From Salpingoeca rosetta (taxonomy: Eukaryota > Protista > Choanoflagellata), in the NCBI GenBank assembly GCA_033442325.1, contig JAWQFM010000001.1, positions 3,327,711-3,391,710 on the forward strand: a DNA stretch of 64,000 bases. The letters run 5' to 3'. Positions 62,087-64,000 of this stretch are shown here, piece by piece. The notes under the pieces are model-generated. The model saw nothing but the letters and a program-made list of their open reading frames with translations, ran no database searches and was not told where the DNA came from. The translations under genes were made by a program, and so were the position numbers. The number at the start of each line of letters is the position of its first letter. Position 1 is the first letter of the stretch.

Positions 62087-63127
62087 GCTGGCTGGACACG
62101 TGAGGATGGAGGATGGTTGCGGTGACGAATCACGCGACAAGAGTTGGGGGGAGGTGGCGGGCGGTGATCGACCTGGCAAAGACGACGCACAGTCGCAACG
62201 ACAACGCGGGTGAGTTGTGAGCGGTGGAGTGTAGTTTGATATGTGAAACCGCAAAGGTACACACACACACACAAGGAGGGAAACGTGGATGGACAACAGT
62301 TTTGGGCGAGGGGAGAAAAGGAGCCGTGTCACAATGGCAAAACAAGGGTGGCTGGCGGACTGCAGGGGTTGAAAGCAACAAGACACTCCACTGCGCTGCA
62401 CAGCACAGCACAGCACAGCGGGCAGAAGAAAGCCACGGCACGAACAACAAAGCTGCACCAAGAAGATGTAGAACAAAGGGAACTGTGCTGCTATGGGGCA
62501 GACTGTGTACACATGGTTCAACGCGCACGCACGCACGCACGAGCGAGAAAGAAAAAGCAAGACGTGGTGATGGTGGTGTTCGTGGTCAATCCATCAGCGC
62601 AGCATCATGCACAAAAGGGTGATGGTCACATGCACGCGCAAAGACGAGCGCCAAGCAAAGAATCCACCAATCAACCAAAACACCACACTCAAACACAAAA
62701 GGCGATGATAGGAGGTGGGCGGAGAGCAAGAAAGGGAAACAAGACAGCGGTAGAGTGCTCAGCGAGAAGCGAGGTGACATGGCAAGCAGCAGGCCAGAGA
62801 GGTACCGAAAGGAAGAAGTAGGGCTGATGTGGAGGAGGCTGGTCTGGGGAAAGTGGTGACTGCACACACAAGGCCACTAACCGCGACTTTGAGGGAGACT
62901 TGAGAAGCTGGAGTACGAAACCCCTTTGCGCTGGAGCTTGTCCGTGCAACGACAAGTTCAAATCGTTAGGCAGAAGGCCTAAAGTAGGGCGTGGAATGTT
63001 CGCGAGAGCCAGGGGGTGTCAAGTGATGACAGGCAAAAAAGGGTTGAGTGATGCTGCGATGGGAGGGGGTTGGAATGTGGGCAAACACGCGACAAAACAT
63101 TGATGACGAGAAGCTCATTGACTGGGA

Positions 63128-63203
<76 letters not shown>

Positions 63204-64000
63204 CGTGTGTGTGTGTGTGTGTGTGTTCATGTCGTGCACATTCACATCCGCACAGAGGCGAGTTGGTACGCTGCAGGAGCGCGTGCACTTGATTGATATT
63301 GCACACGCTCGTTGGCGCTTCCCGACCCACCCCAACCTTGCTTGAACAATCACTCTTCCTCAAGACCCAAGCCACCCCTTCCCCCCCCCCCCTCTCTCTC
63401 TCTTTCTCTTTCACATACATGGAGCGCGTGTGCAAGATAGGCATGGAACACGTGTGTGAGCACGAGGGTTGTGCAGCTCACCAACCTGCTCTTGTGAAGA
63501 AAGAATGGAAGGAAATGGGAGGTGGGCGTCGGGAGAAATGCAGGCAGTCCAAGAAGCTCGTCGCAGGCAGGTGGTGCTGAAGTGGAAATGGGATGGGACG
63601 GGGATGGGTGAGTGCATGTGTGAGTGCGGGTGTGAAAGCGGAGAAGACTGGCTAATTGTTCAAAGGCGAAGAATGCTTTGCCGCTTGTACATTCAAACGC
63701 ACACACACACACACACACACACTGTACACTGTACACACACACACACACACACACACTGTACACTCACACACACGTTCACACTCACATACACGTTCACACA
63801 CACACACACAAACACACAATTCAAACCATGCAATCCACCGACGAGATTAGCAGAACGCAATCATCATCGCTGAAGCAAGCAAGTTCGAGGGGGTTTTCGG
63901 TTGTGGGGGTGGGTATGGTGTGGGTGCCTGTAGACACCAACCTAGTAACCCATGCACTCAGAAGGATTTGTCCAATGGCGTGCAAGGAAAGGGCAAAGGA

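Noticed and set aside
62700-64000. Possible plus-strand exons (e.g. NIDDEKLIDWD followed by GTGAGT near 63129)
   Set aside because: I could not build a consistent gene model or recognise any motif.

Overview
Eukaryotic genomic DNA: GC-rich, intron-dense, with introns full of (CA)n/(TG)n microsatellites and two N-gaps. The style and gene content point to a choanoflagellate such as Salpingoeca rosetta (inference). Most ORF-track entries are microsatellite noise. Manual GT-AG splicing gives about 14 genes: a Venus-flytrap/ANF-like receptor N-terminus (-, partial), Asteroid/ASTE1-like PIN nuclease (+, two frameshifts), bacterial-type RhaT rhamnose symporter (+), ARM-TIR-coiled-coil protein (+), SF1/BBP (+), PAAF1 (-), EF-hand + Arfaptin/ICA69-type BAR protein (+), PH-like/PSAP/PPxY/KHA protein (-), WRAP73 (+), sedoheptulokinase (-), Ulp1/SENP protease (+), stand-alone lamin-tail-domain protein (-), F-box-SNF2-RING helicase (+) and a hypothetical protein (-). 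The best candidate for an undescribed system is the SARM1-like but SAM-less ARM-TIR protein, which keeps the TIR catalytic glutamate and ends in a coiled coil with a trimerisation motif. The EF-hand-BAR fusion is second. All family assignments come from motif recognition by eye; no searches were run.
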